Origin: a bacterium
GTDB taxonomy: Bacteria; Patescibacteriota; Saccharimonadia; UBA4664
Direction: 5' to 3'
Assembly: GCA_016699105.1 (NCBI GenBank)
Contig: CP064960.1
Span: forward strand, 811,696 to 875,695
DNA length: 64,000 bases
Position 1 is the stretch's first letter; each line of letters starts with the position of its first letter. The notes beneath the pieces were generated by a model that was given only the letters and a program-made list of their open reading frames with translations, made no database searches and was not told the DNA's origin. A program made the translations under genes and the position numbers. Shown piece by piece: positions 8,893-20,400 of this stretch.

Positions 8893-9813
8893 TTGGTTAT
8901 GTTTGACTCCATCGATAACCAATTTCGTGTTTTTTTCAGCCATCCAGATGCGACCAGGTCAGTAATTATTTTAGTTATGTGTCTACTTGGTGGCTGGCTG
9001 GTGAGCAAAATACTTACCCGCTTGATTGTGGTTTTAGTGCAATTAGTGGCTGTGCAAGCTGATGAAGCACCCACAAAACGTGCCATGCAGCTGCGCCGAG
9101 TGGAAACCTACCTTGGAATTGTATTGGCATTTGTGCGGGTACTGACTATTACGGTCGTCGGTTTTGTGGGCTGGCGATTGTTGGCACCTGATAGTAGTTC
9201 GAGCGTCGCCGCCATTGGTATTGGTACTATCTTTGCGGTTATTTCTGGTGGCACTATCATTCCTCTCCTACGTGACATTACGGCCGGGTCAGCTATGATC
9301 GCCGAGCGCTGGTTCACAGTTGGCGATTTTATCCGGATTGAGCCTTTTCCGGAGCTGGGTGGGGTCGTCGAAGCCCTGACTCTGCGCTCGACAAAACTGC
9401 GCGGGTTGAATGGTGAGGTGATTTGGCTGCACAACCAGCACATTCAAGCGGTGCGGATCACGCCGCGGGGATTGCGAACGATTCGAATCGACTTGTTTGT
9501 CCGCGATGTGGAGGCAGCCCGGCAATTAATCGAACGGGCTTCGGCGACGTTACCCACTGGGACCACGGCAGTTATGGGCGGGGTCAAGATAGTCCAGGAA
9601 GAACAGGTGGCGTCCAAGCGTTCGATGTTGATCGTTGAGGGTCAGACACCGCCGGGTCGTGAATGGCTATTGGAAACATATTTCATCGAGACCTTACTTG
9701 ATCTTGATCGGTCCAGATCAAATACTGAGGCGATTTTGACGCGTAAACCAATTGTCAGGTATATCGATGCCGCTGCTGAAAAAAGCTTCAAACGGGCAGT
9801 GCGGACGAAGTAG
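8893..9813 (+). CDS. MscS-family mechanosensitive channel
   Basis: Three N-terminal TMs followed by ...GDFIRIEPFPELGGVVEALTLRSTKLRGLNGEVIWLHNQHI... (MscS beta-domain motif). Confidence 0.7.
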   Translation: MVMFDSIDNQFRVFFSHPDATRSVIILVMCLLGGWLVSKILTRLIVVLVQLVAVQADEAPTKRAMQLRRVETYLGIVLAFVRVLTITVVGFVGWRLLAPDSSSSVAAIGIGTIFAVISGGTIIPLLRDITAGSAMIAERWFTVGDFIRIEPFPELGGVVEALTLRSTKLRGLNGEVIWLHNQHIQAVRITPRGLRTIRIDLFVRDVEAARQLIERASATLPTGTTAVMGGVKIVQEEQVASKRSMLIVEGQTPPGREWLLETYFIETLLDLDRSRSNTEAILTRKPIVRYIDAAAEKSFKRAVRTK

Positions 9814-9819
9814 TTATTT

Positions 9820-10401
9820 TTAAGCTTTTACGGGTTTAATTTTGCCGGCTAGTTCTTGACCGAGCCAACCACCCAAAGCAGCACCAACGAGTGGTCCAAA
9901 TAGCGTCGCAAATGATATTTGATTGGTCGCCAAAGCCACAGCTGGGTTGATGGTACCGCCCCAGATACTACCGAGGTAATAGGCGCCACCAACGGTAACC
10001 CCCAGGGCGATGCCGGTGTATTTATGTTTCATGGCAATGATGATACCCAATACTAAAATGGCGGTTCCGATGACCTCCGTCATAAACCCATATGACGTAA
10101 ACGTTGCAAATTTCCAGGTAAGATCACTACTAACTGGTTGTAAATAGTTATAAAACCATTTGGCAGCTACCGCGCCAATGATTTGCGCGGCCCAATACCA
10201 CAACATGGTTGTAGGGCTGAATCGATTGACTACTGCTAGACCGGTAGACGCTGCCGGGTTGAGATGTGAACCAGATAAAGCGCCAAATAACACAGCCAAC
10301 GCGCCATAGGCGATGGCTGGATTCAAACCAGCTAGGACGACACTAGCTAATAAGAATGTGCCTACGATTTCGGTTGTTAAGACGGCAGATTTGGTTGTCA
10401 T
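9820..10401 (-). CDS. MIP/aquaporin-family channel (short, 193 aa)
   Basis: Two NPA boxes (SGSHLNPAAS and GGTINPAVAL) in a 6-TM protein; GGAGG RBS; a stop sits immediately upstream, so there is no N-terminal extension. Confidence 0.6.
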   Translation of the reverse strand: MTTKSAVLTTEIVGTFLLASVVLAGLNPAIAYGALAVLFGALSGSHLNPAASTGLAVVNRFSPTTMLWYWAAQIIGAVAAKWFYNYLQPVSSDLTWKFATFTSYGFMTEVIGTAILVLGIIIAMKHKYTGIALGVTVGGAYYLGSIWGGTINPAVALATNQISFATLFGPLVGAALGGWLGQELAGKIKPVKA

Positions 10402-10426
10402 GACCTAACAGTACCTCCACAAAAAA

Positions 10427-11515
10427 TTAGTAATGCCAGTTGGTCAACAGGATTGATAAATCATAGACATCGACGCGACCATCATTATTGAAGTCCTGTA
10501 AGTTTGGGGTGTTGTTCCAGCCGAGGAGCAGGGCTGACAGGTCATTGATATCGACAACGCCATCGAGATTGACGTCACCTGGTACCACGACCATCGGTGT
10601 GGGCGTCGGTCAGGCTGTTGGTCTGGGTGTAGCTGTGGGCGCAGGTGACGGGGTAGCTGTAATAAGCGGTGTCGGGGTCGGGCTACCGGGTCGTGGTGTC
10701 GGTGTAGCGGTTGGTGTAGCGCTCGGACTCGACGCAGGAGTCTGGGTTGGATTGGCGGTCGGTGTGGCAGTTGGCGTAGCTATCACGCCACAAGTGGCAG
10801 ACGCGGCAGTTGGTGTACATGCAGTGTCATTGGTGAGAATGATGCGGTCGACCATGACGCCTGGTTCTTTGCCGGTCAATATAATCTGGCGTGAACCAGT
10901 GCTGAGATTGACGCTATAGATATTTGATTGGCTGCCACCATAATATTGCACCCATTTCCATTCGCCGGCTGTCAGGCCAGTGTCACCATAGACTACTGCA
11001 CAATTACCATCAGCTTGCACATACACAGAGTTGTTGGTGACATCGGGTGCTTTGAGTCGAACCCAAATTACATAGGTACCGGCAACCTCAACATTAACTG
11101 TAAAACTAGCCTGGCCATATGTAGTGGGCGGGTTATTGGTACAACCGGCCGGTGTGGGTGTCGGACTTGCCGTCCGCACCGGTGTTGGTGAAGCTGTCGG
11201 GGTGGGGCTACGAGTTGGCGTGGGGGTTGGAACAGGGGTCGGAGTACGAGTTGGCACTGGCGTTGGGGTCAAGCAGCCAGGACCTGTATACCCACCGGTA
11301 CAAGCTGTAATAGCACTGACAGTATCGACGGGGCCGACAATCGCTTGTATGACTTGCTGAGTAACGGACTGAAGAGAACTTAGATTAGTTGATTCGGGTG
11401 CACTGACATCATCCGCTCGTTCGGCAAGAGGCGTGGGACTCATTGCACTCAGGACATACGGCCAGCTTAACAGAGCTAACGTCCCCAGCGTTGCGCCGCG
11501 TGCCCTTCGGTTCAT
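10427..11515 (-). CDS. secreted Pro/Thr-rich protein with beta-sandwich (CBM-like) domain and C-terminal type-I dockerin; the dockerin is separated by an in-frame TGA at 10610-10612
   Basis: Signal peptide, PT linkers, domain FTVNVEVAGTYVIWVRLKAPDVTNNSVYVQADG.... After the TGA the same frame continues PTPTPMVVVPGDVNLDGVVDINDLSALLLGWNNTPNLQDFNNDGRVDVYDLSILLTNWHY* (two Ca-binding dockerin repeats). ATGA overlap with the upstream cohesin gene. Confidence 0.6.
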
Positions 11516-13116
11516 TGATTGTCGAGGTTGGAGTGAACTTCGCTCGTTTCGACTGGTGACGCTGCTACTGCAGTTGGGTTGGTAGCCTTATTCAATAGGC
11601 GTCGGCCGAAAACGGCAGCAGATATGGCTCCCATAAGGAGTATGGCACCGATACCGATCCATGGACCATAGTCGCGTAGTCCGGCGACCATATTCTTCCA
11701 GAACGTGGTTTTGTTGGAAACAGTAATTTGTTGGGTGACTTTGTTGGCGTTGCCGGCACTGTCAGTGACCGTTGCGGTGATGGTGTGAGTGCCATTACTG
11801 AGTTCAGTGGTATCGACAGTAGTATCGACAGGCTTGTTGTCGAGCGTAAACGTGGGGTTGGCACCAACAGCTGGGGCAGTTAGCTTGATCGAACCGGTGA
11901 CGGGCAATTTCTTGGTTGAACCGGTCACAGAAGTGGTTACTGGCTTAGGTGTAGGAGCTGGCGTAGCGCTGGTGCCCGGCTTGGGAGTAGCTGTAGGCGT
12001 GGTACCGCCACTCGTACCACCGGTAACGGTGACAGTGGCGGCTTGGCGATTGGTCAAGATGTCGGTAGCGGCTACAGAAACTAAGTTTGAAGTACTGGCG
12101 AACTCAACTTTGGTGGCGCCAGATGTGGTTAGGGCTTTGAACGTTACTTTGGCAATCAATTTATTACCAGTTTGAGCTGGCGTGCCACCGGCTGTAGCTC
12201 GAGTGATCATGATTTGACCGCTACTGGCATTCGTAACGGCGCTGAGACCGAAATCGGCACCAGTATCGATGACATTAACGTACTCGAGTTTGCTGGCATC
12301 ATAAGTGATGTTAGCTTGGACGGCATTGACTTGGGTTGTGCCCGAATTCTCACGAAGTTCGAGCGTGACGGTACCGCCACTGGCCACACTGACGGTAGCG
12401 GGATTGAAGAACAGTGAACCGGCAGCCGGAGCTGGGGTCGCCGTGGGGGCGGCGGTTGGTGTAGGCGTTGGCACAGGCGAACCACTTGGTACCGGAGTAG
12501 GCACTGGTGTGGCCGTTGGGACAGGTGTGGGTGTGGGCGTGGGAACAGGGGTTGCTGTCGGTGAGGCAATCGGCGAAGTTAACGTATAGGTAGCTCCTGC
12601 ACTTAATGCCAAAATATCCTGAGAGTCGGTACTTCGGACTACATGTGAGCCGGCTGCAATATCGATTGAAGCTGTCCCTGTGCCAACAAGCGCTTTAAAA
12701 ATAACGGTGGCGAACAGAAAGTCGTTACTGGGAGGGGTGGTGCCGCCGGATGTTGCCCGAGCCATCATGACACTGCCTGCTGTAGTTTGAGTGGAAGCTT
12801 CGAGTGGCAGAGCTGAACCAGTTCCGTCAATACTGACAAATTGAAACTTTGCGGGATCGTATGACAGGTTTGCTTGAACAGCGTTGACGGTGTCGGCGCC
12901 GGAGTCAATGCGAACCTGTACTGCGACGGTATTATTGATTTGAACAGAACCGTCGACGGGTGTTAAATAGAGCTGATTTGATGCTGCGCGACTATTAACC
13001 ACTACGAAGGTACCAGCAGCGGCAGCTACGAGCATGAATGCGCCTGCGAGGATGGAGTTGCGGCCGAAAAATGATGTGCGTTGATTGATCATGGTTGATT
13101 GGTTAAGTAATTTCAT
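11512..13116 (-). CDS. membrane-anchored scaffoldin-like protein: 2x cohesin-like domains, Ig-like domain, C-terminal TM anchor
   Basis: VNAVQANLSYDPAKFQFVSIDGTGS...FATVIFKAL and VNAVQANITYDASKLEYVNVIDTG...IAKVTFKAL resemble type-I cohesins (F.YDP..LE). PT linkers; Ig-like TFTLDNKPVDTTV...ITATVTDSAGN; C-terminal WIGIGAILLMGAISAAVFGRRLL. Confidence 0.7.
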   Translation of the reverse strand: MKLLNQSTMINQRTSFFGRNSILAGAFMLVAAAAGTFVVVNSRAASNQLYLTPVDGSVQINNTVAVQVRIDSGADTVNAVQANLSYDPAKFQFVSIDGTGSALPLEASTQTTAGSVMMARATSGGTTPPSNDFLFATVIFKALVGTGTASIDIAAGSHVVRSTDSQDILALSAGATYTLTSPIASPTATPVPTPTPTPVPTATPVPTPVPSGSPVPTPTPTAAPTATPAPAAGSLFFNPATVSVASGGTVTLELRENSGTTQVNAVQANITYDASKLEYVNVIDTGADFGLSAVTNASSGQIMITRATAGGTPAQTGNKLIAKVTFKALTTSGATKVEFASTSNLVSVAATDILTNRQAATVTVTGGTSGGTTPTATPKPGTSATPAPTPKPVTTSVTGSTKKLPVTGSIKLTAPAVGANPTFTLDNKPVDTTVDTTELSNGTHTITATVTDSAGNANKVTQQITVSNKTTFWKNMVAGLRDYGPWIGIGAILLMGAISAAVFGRRLLNKATNPTAVAASPVETSEVHSNLDNQ

Positions 13117-13133
13117 ATTATCCTTATTATTCC

Positions 13134-13815
13134 TTAACCCGTCCAGGATGTTAGCAAGCGGCTGAGGTCGAAGATATTGACTGTGCCGTCACCGTTGATG
13201 TCACCGAGTCCCGTTCCGCCCCAGTGGCTGAGCAAGATTGACAAGTCGAAGACGTTGACCTTGGCATCACTATTGAGATCTGAAGGCGATGGTACTGGTG
13301 TAGCCGTAGGAGTAGGCGTAGCACTGGCGGTGGCGGTTGGTGTCAGGGTGGCTGTATCGGCGCAGTTGTCACCAGTGCCTAATGGCAAACATGATGCATT
13401 GAGGGCAAACACTACCCGATCTACTGATACACCAGGCTCACGTCCGGTAAGGACAAATGTTGGTTGCCAGCAGTCAATGGCACATTAATCTTGGTGGCTG
13501 AATTACCGTCTTGATAGTCAACGAAAGTCAGTTGGTTAGTCGGTATCGTAGCATCTCCAACGTTGATGGCGCAACCGCCGTCAACTTGGAGGTAATAAGA
13601 ATTATTAGTGCTATCTGGAGCAATAATCCGACTCCAAACCCGATATGTACCTGAGACTGGAACGTTATAGGTGACAGTTACTAAACCATAGGGCGAGGCT
13701 GGGTTTGTACAGGCAGCAGCTGCTTGTGTTGTTGGAGCCGAGGCCAAACTAGCTACTAAGTACCCAAAAGCGAGTATCAGTGCAGGAATCGTATGAATGA
13801 TAATTGGTTTTTCAT
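13134..13815 (-). pseudogene. paralog of the 10427..11515 gene (signal peptide, CBM-like beta-sandwich, PT linker, dockerin) broken by two 1-nt homopolymer indels
   Basis: Pieces 13421..13747 and 13134..13412 realign to one protein if an A is added in 'ttacc' near 13455 and in the AAAAA run near 13805 (restoring MKKPIIIHTIPALILAFGYLVASLASA). Dockerin: DLNSDAKVNVFDLSILLSHWGGTGLGDINGDGTVNIFDLSRLL. Confidence 0.5.
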
Positions 13816-13859
13816 AACGTTGATGTGTTCCTTATTGACTCCATAATTAACTACTTATG

Positions 13860-15361
13860 CTAACCTGTCCAGTGGCTAAGCAAGATCGACAGGTCGAAAA
13901 TATTGACGGTGTTGTCACCGTTGACGTCGCTGGAGTTGGTGCCGGTGCGACCCCAGTTGGTTAGAAGCTGCGATAGATCGAAGATATCAACGGTACCGTT
14001 ATTGTTGACATCACCTTGGACGTACACCTGGACACTGACGGCTATCGATGCAGCAGAGACATTGCCAGCGGCATCGGCGGCAACAACAGTGTAGTTGTGT
14101 GTACCGATGGGAACACTGGTGAGATTGGCGCTGGTGGTAGTGGCAGTACCGACTTGGGTGCCATCACGGTAGATCTTGTAGCTGGTGACGGCAACATTGT
14201 CGGTCGAAGCTGTCCACGATAGGGCAATATTTAGCCCGGTGACAATTGCTTGGACGTTTGTCGGTACCGTCGGGGTTTGCGTGTCTGGCAGCGTGCTCAC
14301 CGCAGTCGCAGCTGATTGTGCTGAGGTATTACCGGCAGCATCTACGGCACTAACAGTATAACTGTAACTTGTGTTCAACGTTAATCCTGTGTCGGAATAA
14401 CTGGGCGTTGATTGGATAGCTACCTGAGTGCCGTTGCGGTATACCCGGTATCCGGTAACGGCGACATTGTCTGTAGCAGCAGTCAGGAAAGATTGACTGA
14501 AGTCATCGTTTGACTAGGGGACGTTGGTTTTCCAGGTACGCTGGGGGCTTGAGTGTCGGCTAGGGTCGTGGCATTAAGGACAGTCGATGCAGCCGATTGG
14601 TTGCCGGCAGCATCGAAAGCCGCTACTTTGTAAGCGTATGTCGTATTGGGGTTTAGTCCACTATCAGTAAATGTGGTGGTTGTCGGGGTGCCGATACTGA
14701 CATCGTTTCGAAATACGCGGTAACCTGTGACAGCCACATTATCAGTAGCTGTTGTCCAGGAGATAGTTAAGCTCGTCATGTTGCGGGTCGGTGCAGTTAG
14801 ACCGACAGGTACGGTGGGGGCGCCAGTGTCGGCAAGTGTCAGTGTAGTACCATTTTTAACTGCCAAAATATCAGTATTGTCAGAACTGCGAAGTAGTACT
14901 GACCCGGTTCCCAAAGCTAGCGGCACGCTTCCAGCAGCCAAAGCTTTAAACGTAACTGTTGTTACGAGTTGATCACCAGTTAGGGGGGCTGCACCACCGC
15001 TGGTTGCCCGTACGAGTGTTAATTTTCCTGTTGCCAATGTGGTTTCGGCGACTAAACCAAAGGCGCTACCAGTTTCACTGACTGAAACATATTGTAACTT
15101 GGTCGAGTCAAAGGTAATCTCTGCGCCAACAGCGTTGACACCTTGTGTTGTGCTGTTCTCCCGAACTGCTATCGTGACATTGTCACCAAGATTAACGGCT
15201 GTAGCCGATGGTATTAAACTCACCGATTCGCCGGCCGCAAAGGCCTTGTTGACTACATAATAGCCACCAACTGCCACAGCCATAGCCATAAATGCTAATT
15301 GTGCTCTTAAGAATGGACTTTTTTTACTGATTAAATTGGGCTGGTTTGTTGTTTTCACCAA
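13860..15361 (-). CDS. cell-surface protein: cohesin-like domain, 3x FN3, C-terminal dockerin (1-nt G-run frameshift near 14484)
   Basis: N-terminal TM; cohesin-like VNAVGAEITFDSTKLQYVSVSETGS...VTTVTFKAL; FN3 motifs (DNVAVTGYRV[FY]RN...YAYKVAAFDAAGN); dockerin GDVNNNGTVDIFDLSQLL...DVNGDNTVNIFDLSILLSHW. Pieces 14483..15361 and 13860..14378 join if tgact is read as tggact. Confidence 0.65.
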
Positions 15362-15413
15362 AATGCCTATGCTTTAAAGATATGATATATGATAGATTTC
15401 ACAAACACAAGCA

Positions 15414-16658
15414 TCATTCTCTTCTGAGGGCGTCAATTGGGCTGATTCGAGATGCCCGCCGAGCAGGATAGAATACGACAATCATTCCCACGATTCCGAC
15501 AAATGTCAGAACACCTACCCATAACCACCATGGTGTTGAAAATATACTGATGCTTTCCGTAACGCCTCTACTTGTCGCGCTACGCGATAGTATTAGATCA
15601 ATGAGATGTCCAATACCTACGGCTACTAATAGCCCTAACAGTCCACCTCCAAATGATAATGTCAGTGCTTCAATTACAAACAACCGTTTGATATCGCGAG
15701 CGCGGGCACCAAGCGATACCATGAGTCCAATCTCGCGGGTACGTTCCAGTAATGAAATGGTGAGTGTATTGAACATGCCAAGTACGGCAATGGTCATACC
15801 GATGCCACCGAATCCGGCCAGTATGAAGGTAAAGAAGTTGAAGATCTGGTTGACTTGGTCGAGTGTATCTATTGGTGACGCAGTAGTATAGCCTAATCCA
15901 TCAATAAATTTGCGGATGCCGTTGACATCTTGTTGGCGGTTTGCAACCACTTTAAGCTGAGCGTATTGATTGGCTCCGGCATTCGAGAATACATCATCAC
16001 GCATGTATATTTCGGCGCCGCTACCAGTGTCGACAACACCCAGTACAGTCACGGTTATATCAAGCGGCTTTCTATTGTCGGTAGCAGTCTGTTCAATTGA
16101 GCTGACGTGGATTTTGAGATTTTTACCGACAGCATCAGCGGCTTTGGTGATTCCGATAGCTTTGAGCAGCGATTGGTTGACCAATACCTGATTTGGTTGG
16201 TCGAGTTTAATACTGGTGCCAGCGGCCAAGCGCAAGGAGCTGAGATTGAGATAGGCGTCGTCGGCGGCATAGATGACGCTGTCGGTTTGGGCACCATCGA
16301 GTGTGACTGATCCACCGCTAGCATAGCTTTTAGCAACTTGTTCTACGGTACCAAGTGCTCGGATTTTGGCGATACTATCGCCGGTTAAACGCAGAGATTT
16401 GGAGTCGGCGGTGGTGACGTCGACGGTTTTAATATCTGACGAGTTAACAACCTGGTCGCTGACGACTGATTGGAGACCGAGACCAAGCGAGATTAAAAAC
16501 ACAATGGCACCGATGCCTATAACAACTCCAGATATGGTCAATATTGTTCGCAATCGCTTGGACCACAAATTGCGCAGCGCGATGTAAGCCAAAACGGTCG
16601 GCCGAATCGATTTAACGCGCTTAGAAGCGTCAAGAGATGTTGGGTGTTGCTTGTTCAT
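15414..16658 (-). CDS. ABC transporter permease, FtsX/MacB family
   Basis: N-terminal TM, large periplasmic domain, C-terminal 3-TM FtsX fold (...LERTREIGLMVSLGARARDIKRLF...). Start overlaps the ATPase stop (ATGA). Confidence 0.85.
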   Translation of the reverse strand: MNKQHPTSLDASKRVKSIRPTVLAYIALRNLWSKRLRTILTISGVVIGIGAIVFLISLGLGLQSVVSDQVVNSSDIKTVDVTTADSKSLRLTGDSIAKIRALGTVEQVAKSYASGGSVTLDGAQTDSVIYAADDAYLNLSSLRLAAGTSIKLDQPNQVLVNQSLLKAIGITKAADAVGKNLKIHVSSIEQTATDNRKPLDITVTVLGVVDTGSGAEIYMRDDVFSNAGANQYAQLKVVANRQQDVNGIRKFIDGLGYTTASPIDTLDQVNQIFNFFTFILAGFGGIGMTIAVLGMFNTLTISLLERTREIGLMVSLGARARDIKRLFVIEALTLSFGGGLLGLLVAVGIGHLIDLILSRSATSRGVTESISIFSTPWWLWVGVLTFVGIVGMIVVFYPARRASRISPIDALRRE

Positions 16659-17432
16659 GATTTGGCTTCCTTGGTCAAAAGGGGCCCAAGATTATTGACG
16701 ATTTGGCTGGCCGTGACATTGTCGCTCAGTAAGCCATCTTTGATGTAAAACAATTTGTCGCCAAGGGGAGATATTCGAGATTGTGCGTGACTAAAACGAC
16801 GGTTTTGACTGTTCTTTGACGGCCGCTACGAGCAAATCCATGATAAGTGAACCGTTTCGGGTATCGAGATTACCAGTCGGCTCATCGGCGACGATTACTT
16901 CGGGGTTGGCGACCAGTGCTCGGGCCATGGATATGCGTTGCTGTTGACCGCCAGAAAGGTTGATGGGGTTTTGGGTGGCCAAATTGGCCATGCCAACGGA
17001 TTCGAGGCTCAGTTTGGCGAGTTCGGCAGCTTGATGCCGATCGTAGCCGGCCAGTAACAGCGGCATAGAAACATTCTCGATAACATTGAGGCTTTTTACC
17101 CAATAATTGGCCTGATAAACCATACCCAGCATTCGTGCTCGGTAGTAGGCACGATCGTCGGTGCCAAGTTTATAGATATCGATGCCATCAACTAAGACAG
17201 TTCCGGACGTCGGGCGTTGCAACCCGACAAGAATATCGAGTAAGGTTGATTTACCAGATCCAGATGGCCCAGTTATGATGTTGAGCGCTCCCTTGGTGAT
17301 TATGCCCGATACATTATTGAGCGCTGTGACAGTTTCGGTACCGGTGGTAAAAGACTTGGTAATACCTTGAAATGCCATGAGTGTAGCCGCATTCTTATTG
17401 TGTGTACTGGTGTGGTGTTTGGTCTCAGTCAT
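16655..17432 (-). CDS. ABC transporter ATP-binding protein (MacB/LolD-like); C-terminus disrupted by two 1-nt homopolymer indels
   Basis: Walker A GPSGSGKST, signature LSGGQQQRISMARAL, Walker B VIVADEPTGNLD. The true C-terminus ...KTVVLVTHNLEYLPLADKLFYIKDGLL...KEAKS* appears only after frame changes at about 16800 (aaaa) and 16745 (cccc). Confidence 0.85.
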
Positions 17433-17443
17433 GTGGGTACTTT

Positions 17444-20400
17444 CTATTCCAGGAAGCTAAAGACATTACGTAAGGCGTTAAAGATAATGCTTAAGACACT
17501 GTCGGTGGCGCGGCCAATGATGGTGGAACGATCTTCCGATACACCAGAGTTGGCGGCGCGATCGTGCGAATTGGCGCGCAAGTGGAAGACTTTGCTGGTG
17601 GGTAGGTCGGACACAATTACGGTGTGTTGAGTGACGAGGTTGAGGTCTTCGCTGGTGCGGTTGGTGTAAGTAGTGCCCGATGAGCCTTCAGCATATTCAA
17701 CTTGACTGGTTGATGGTTCGTCAGTGTTCCAACTGACCACGACTTGTCCCCTGGCTTCGGCGCCGGTACCGCGGATAGTAGTTTCGATGGTTAAGTTTTT
17801 AACAGTTGGCGGGCGAGTGTCGAGTGCGGTCTTGAAGCGTTGCTCGTCGGAAATTGCTAGATTTCCTGCAGCGTCGCGCGATTGGGCGGTTAATACATAA
17901 TCACTATTGTCCTGGAGCTGACTGATAGTGATTTCGTGAAGTGTAACCATCTTGGAATCGACGGCTTCATTGGGTGTTTGACCAGCTAACCCATAGCGCA
18001 CCAACGAGCTGGTTGCCACATTGGTTGTCCAAGTGATTTTCTGAGTACTGGTGGGCTCGCCGGCGACTGGCTGGAAGCGCAAATTGGATATCTGGGGACG
18101 GGCAGGGGTAGTGAGACTGAAGATATTGCCTTCATATTCATTGCCATCGGCGTCAAAGGGATTGATTTTATAATAATACTTGGTGCCGTCTTCGAGACTG
18201 GTCAAGCCCACGGAATACGTCGATTCGACGGTTGAGGTATTCACTATCTGCAGACCACCGAAGCCTTCGGATTTACCGAAATAGATCTTGGCTTTAGTTG
18301 CCTGATTGGTGGTAAATTGCACGGTGGCGGCATTGAGACCGAGCGATTTGGTACTCACCTCTTTGACGGTCGGCGCCGGCAAGGTTGTAAAGCTCAACTC
18401 GCTCGAGAACCCAGTGTTGCCGTCTTCATCAGTCCACTTAGCTTTGTAATAATAGGTAGATCCAGACTGGAGGTTATCGAGGGTAATGGTGTGGCTGGTG
18501 ACTTGTCCAGAATTTGATACTTCATCGGTTGAATACACTCCACTGGCGCTGCCAAGGGCAATCTTGGAATCACTGACCCGGTCGGTGCTCCAACTGACGG
18601 TGGCTTTGCGGGTACTGATGCTGGTAATAACCGGATCGCTGACGAGCTCGGCAGCGGTGGTGAACCGGCCAGTGGGTGTCTCATCGACGGCGGCGGTACT
18701 GGCGCCACAATTGTTAGCCGAGTCACAAGCTTTTACCTTGTAGTAATAAACGTGTTGAGACAGCCCGGTATCCACGTAGCTGGCGCCGTTATTGGAGGCA
18801 ATGTTAGTAAAGGTGAGGTTATCGCTCGATCGGTAAATTTTATAACTGGAGATGCCGCTACCGGTATCGGCGGGGGCTTCCCAGGACAAGGCTAATTTCC
18901 AATTGTTGGTGGCTTTAACGCTGATGTCGGCAATTTCAACATTCAATGGTATGCCGGGAGCGGCAGTATTGGCGCTAAAGATGACGCTACCAAAGGTGGC
19001 ATAGTTGATATTGCCGGCCTCGTCTTTGGCAACCACGTAGAAGGTATTGTCACCTGGCTGGGTGGCATAGGCATTGGCCCCAAGTGAGGTCACGCCAGCG
19101 CTGGTATAGGTGCAATTGTTAAGGGTGGGTGTGGTATTGATAGTGTAGCAATAGGTTAGGTTGGACTGATCACCAGCAAAACTGGCCGGCGGCAACCAAT
19201 TAAAGGCAAACGAGTTCGTAGTATTGGTGGCTGGCAAGGCGGTGACGTTTTGGGGTTGGGATGGCGAACTGGAATTGAGTTTGATCACGCCGGTGACGTA
19301 TGAAGTACTGACATTGCCGGCTACATCCCAGGTGCGGACATAGACGTTGTTGTTGCCTTCGATGAGGTCATCGAAATCAGGTGGGTCCTGGGTAGTATAA
19401 CTGCCGTCATTGGTGAGGGTGTCAGTGGCATCTTGGACACCGGTATGACTATCTCCAAACCAGGTACCACTGGCGCCCAAACGGTATTGCAAACCGACTA
19501 ATCCAGAATCGGCATCAGTGGCGGCATTGCCGCCCGAGGTGGGCCAGGTGAAGGTCACGGTCTTACTGGATACAAATTGCGATGGTGTGGTGATAAATGC
19601 CGGATTTGCGGGAGCGGTGTTGTCAAACTTGAAATCAAAACTGGCAGTAGTAGCCGAAAGATTACCGGCATTATCGATGGTTTTGAGCCGCAGATAATAA
19701 GAGCTGGCGCTGGAGGTTAACCACGGTGACCCCCGCAAAGCCGGCGTAGCAAAGTCGAGATCTGTGGAGCTGGCGATGAATGCACAGGTTGTGCCGGTAG
19801 TATCAGCGGGAGTTGCACCGAGTAAGCCTTTGGTTGTAGCCGGATCGGCGGTGTTGTCGGTACCAAGATAAGCACAATAGCCCCGGACCGCAGACTGACT
19901 ATCACTGCCCGCCGTCCACGACACATACGGCTGGTAGCCATTGGTCCAGTCACCGGCAGATACACTAGCGCCGCCGCTTGATTTGAGCATAGCTAAAGCT
20001 GTGGGAGCGTTGGGCGCTGTGACATCGGCCGTAGCATCAAGGCTGACCGAGTTGAGCTGAACACGCTGATTGCCATTGCCACTCAAGATAGCTTGCCACT
20101 GGAAGCCGCTACCAGTGACGGGTAGGGTCGCTAGGTTGGTCGAAATTGCGGCAATAGGATTGGCTTGACTGGTGCTGGTACTGGTTCCCCAGACGGCGCC
20201 GGTCCAATAGAGCCAGCTGACTCCCCCATCGGTGGATACCCGGTAGTTGATGCTACCGCCGTTGGTGGTTTGGTTGTCGGTGAGGCTGTCCCAACTGGCA
20301 ACTCCCGTCGGAAAGACCGCAGTCGTAGTCACGGTCTGGGGAGTGGTGGAATAGGGTGCGGTTACAAAGCTGGTGCGGGCGCTATTACTGATGCGAATTT

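Noticed and set aside
10488-12589. Plus-strand Gly/Val-rich ORFs (10488..10919, 11124..11360, 11789..12175, 12305..12589) and minus-strand Pro-rich ORF 12207..12569
   Set aside because: They are mirror-frame or antisense translations of the Pro/Thr-rich linker codons (ACN/CCN repeats) of the real surface-protein genes. They are low-complexity and have no start context.
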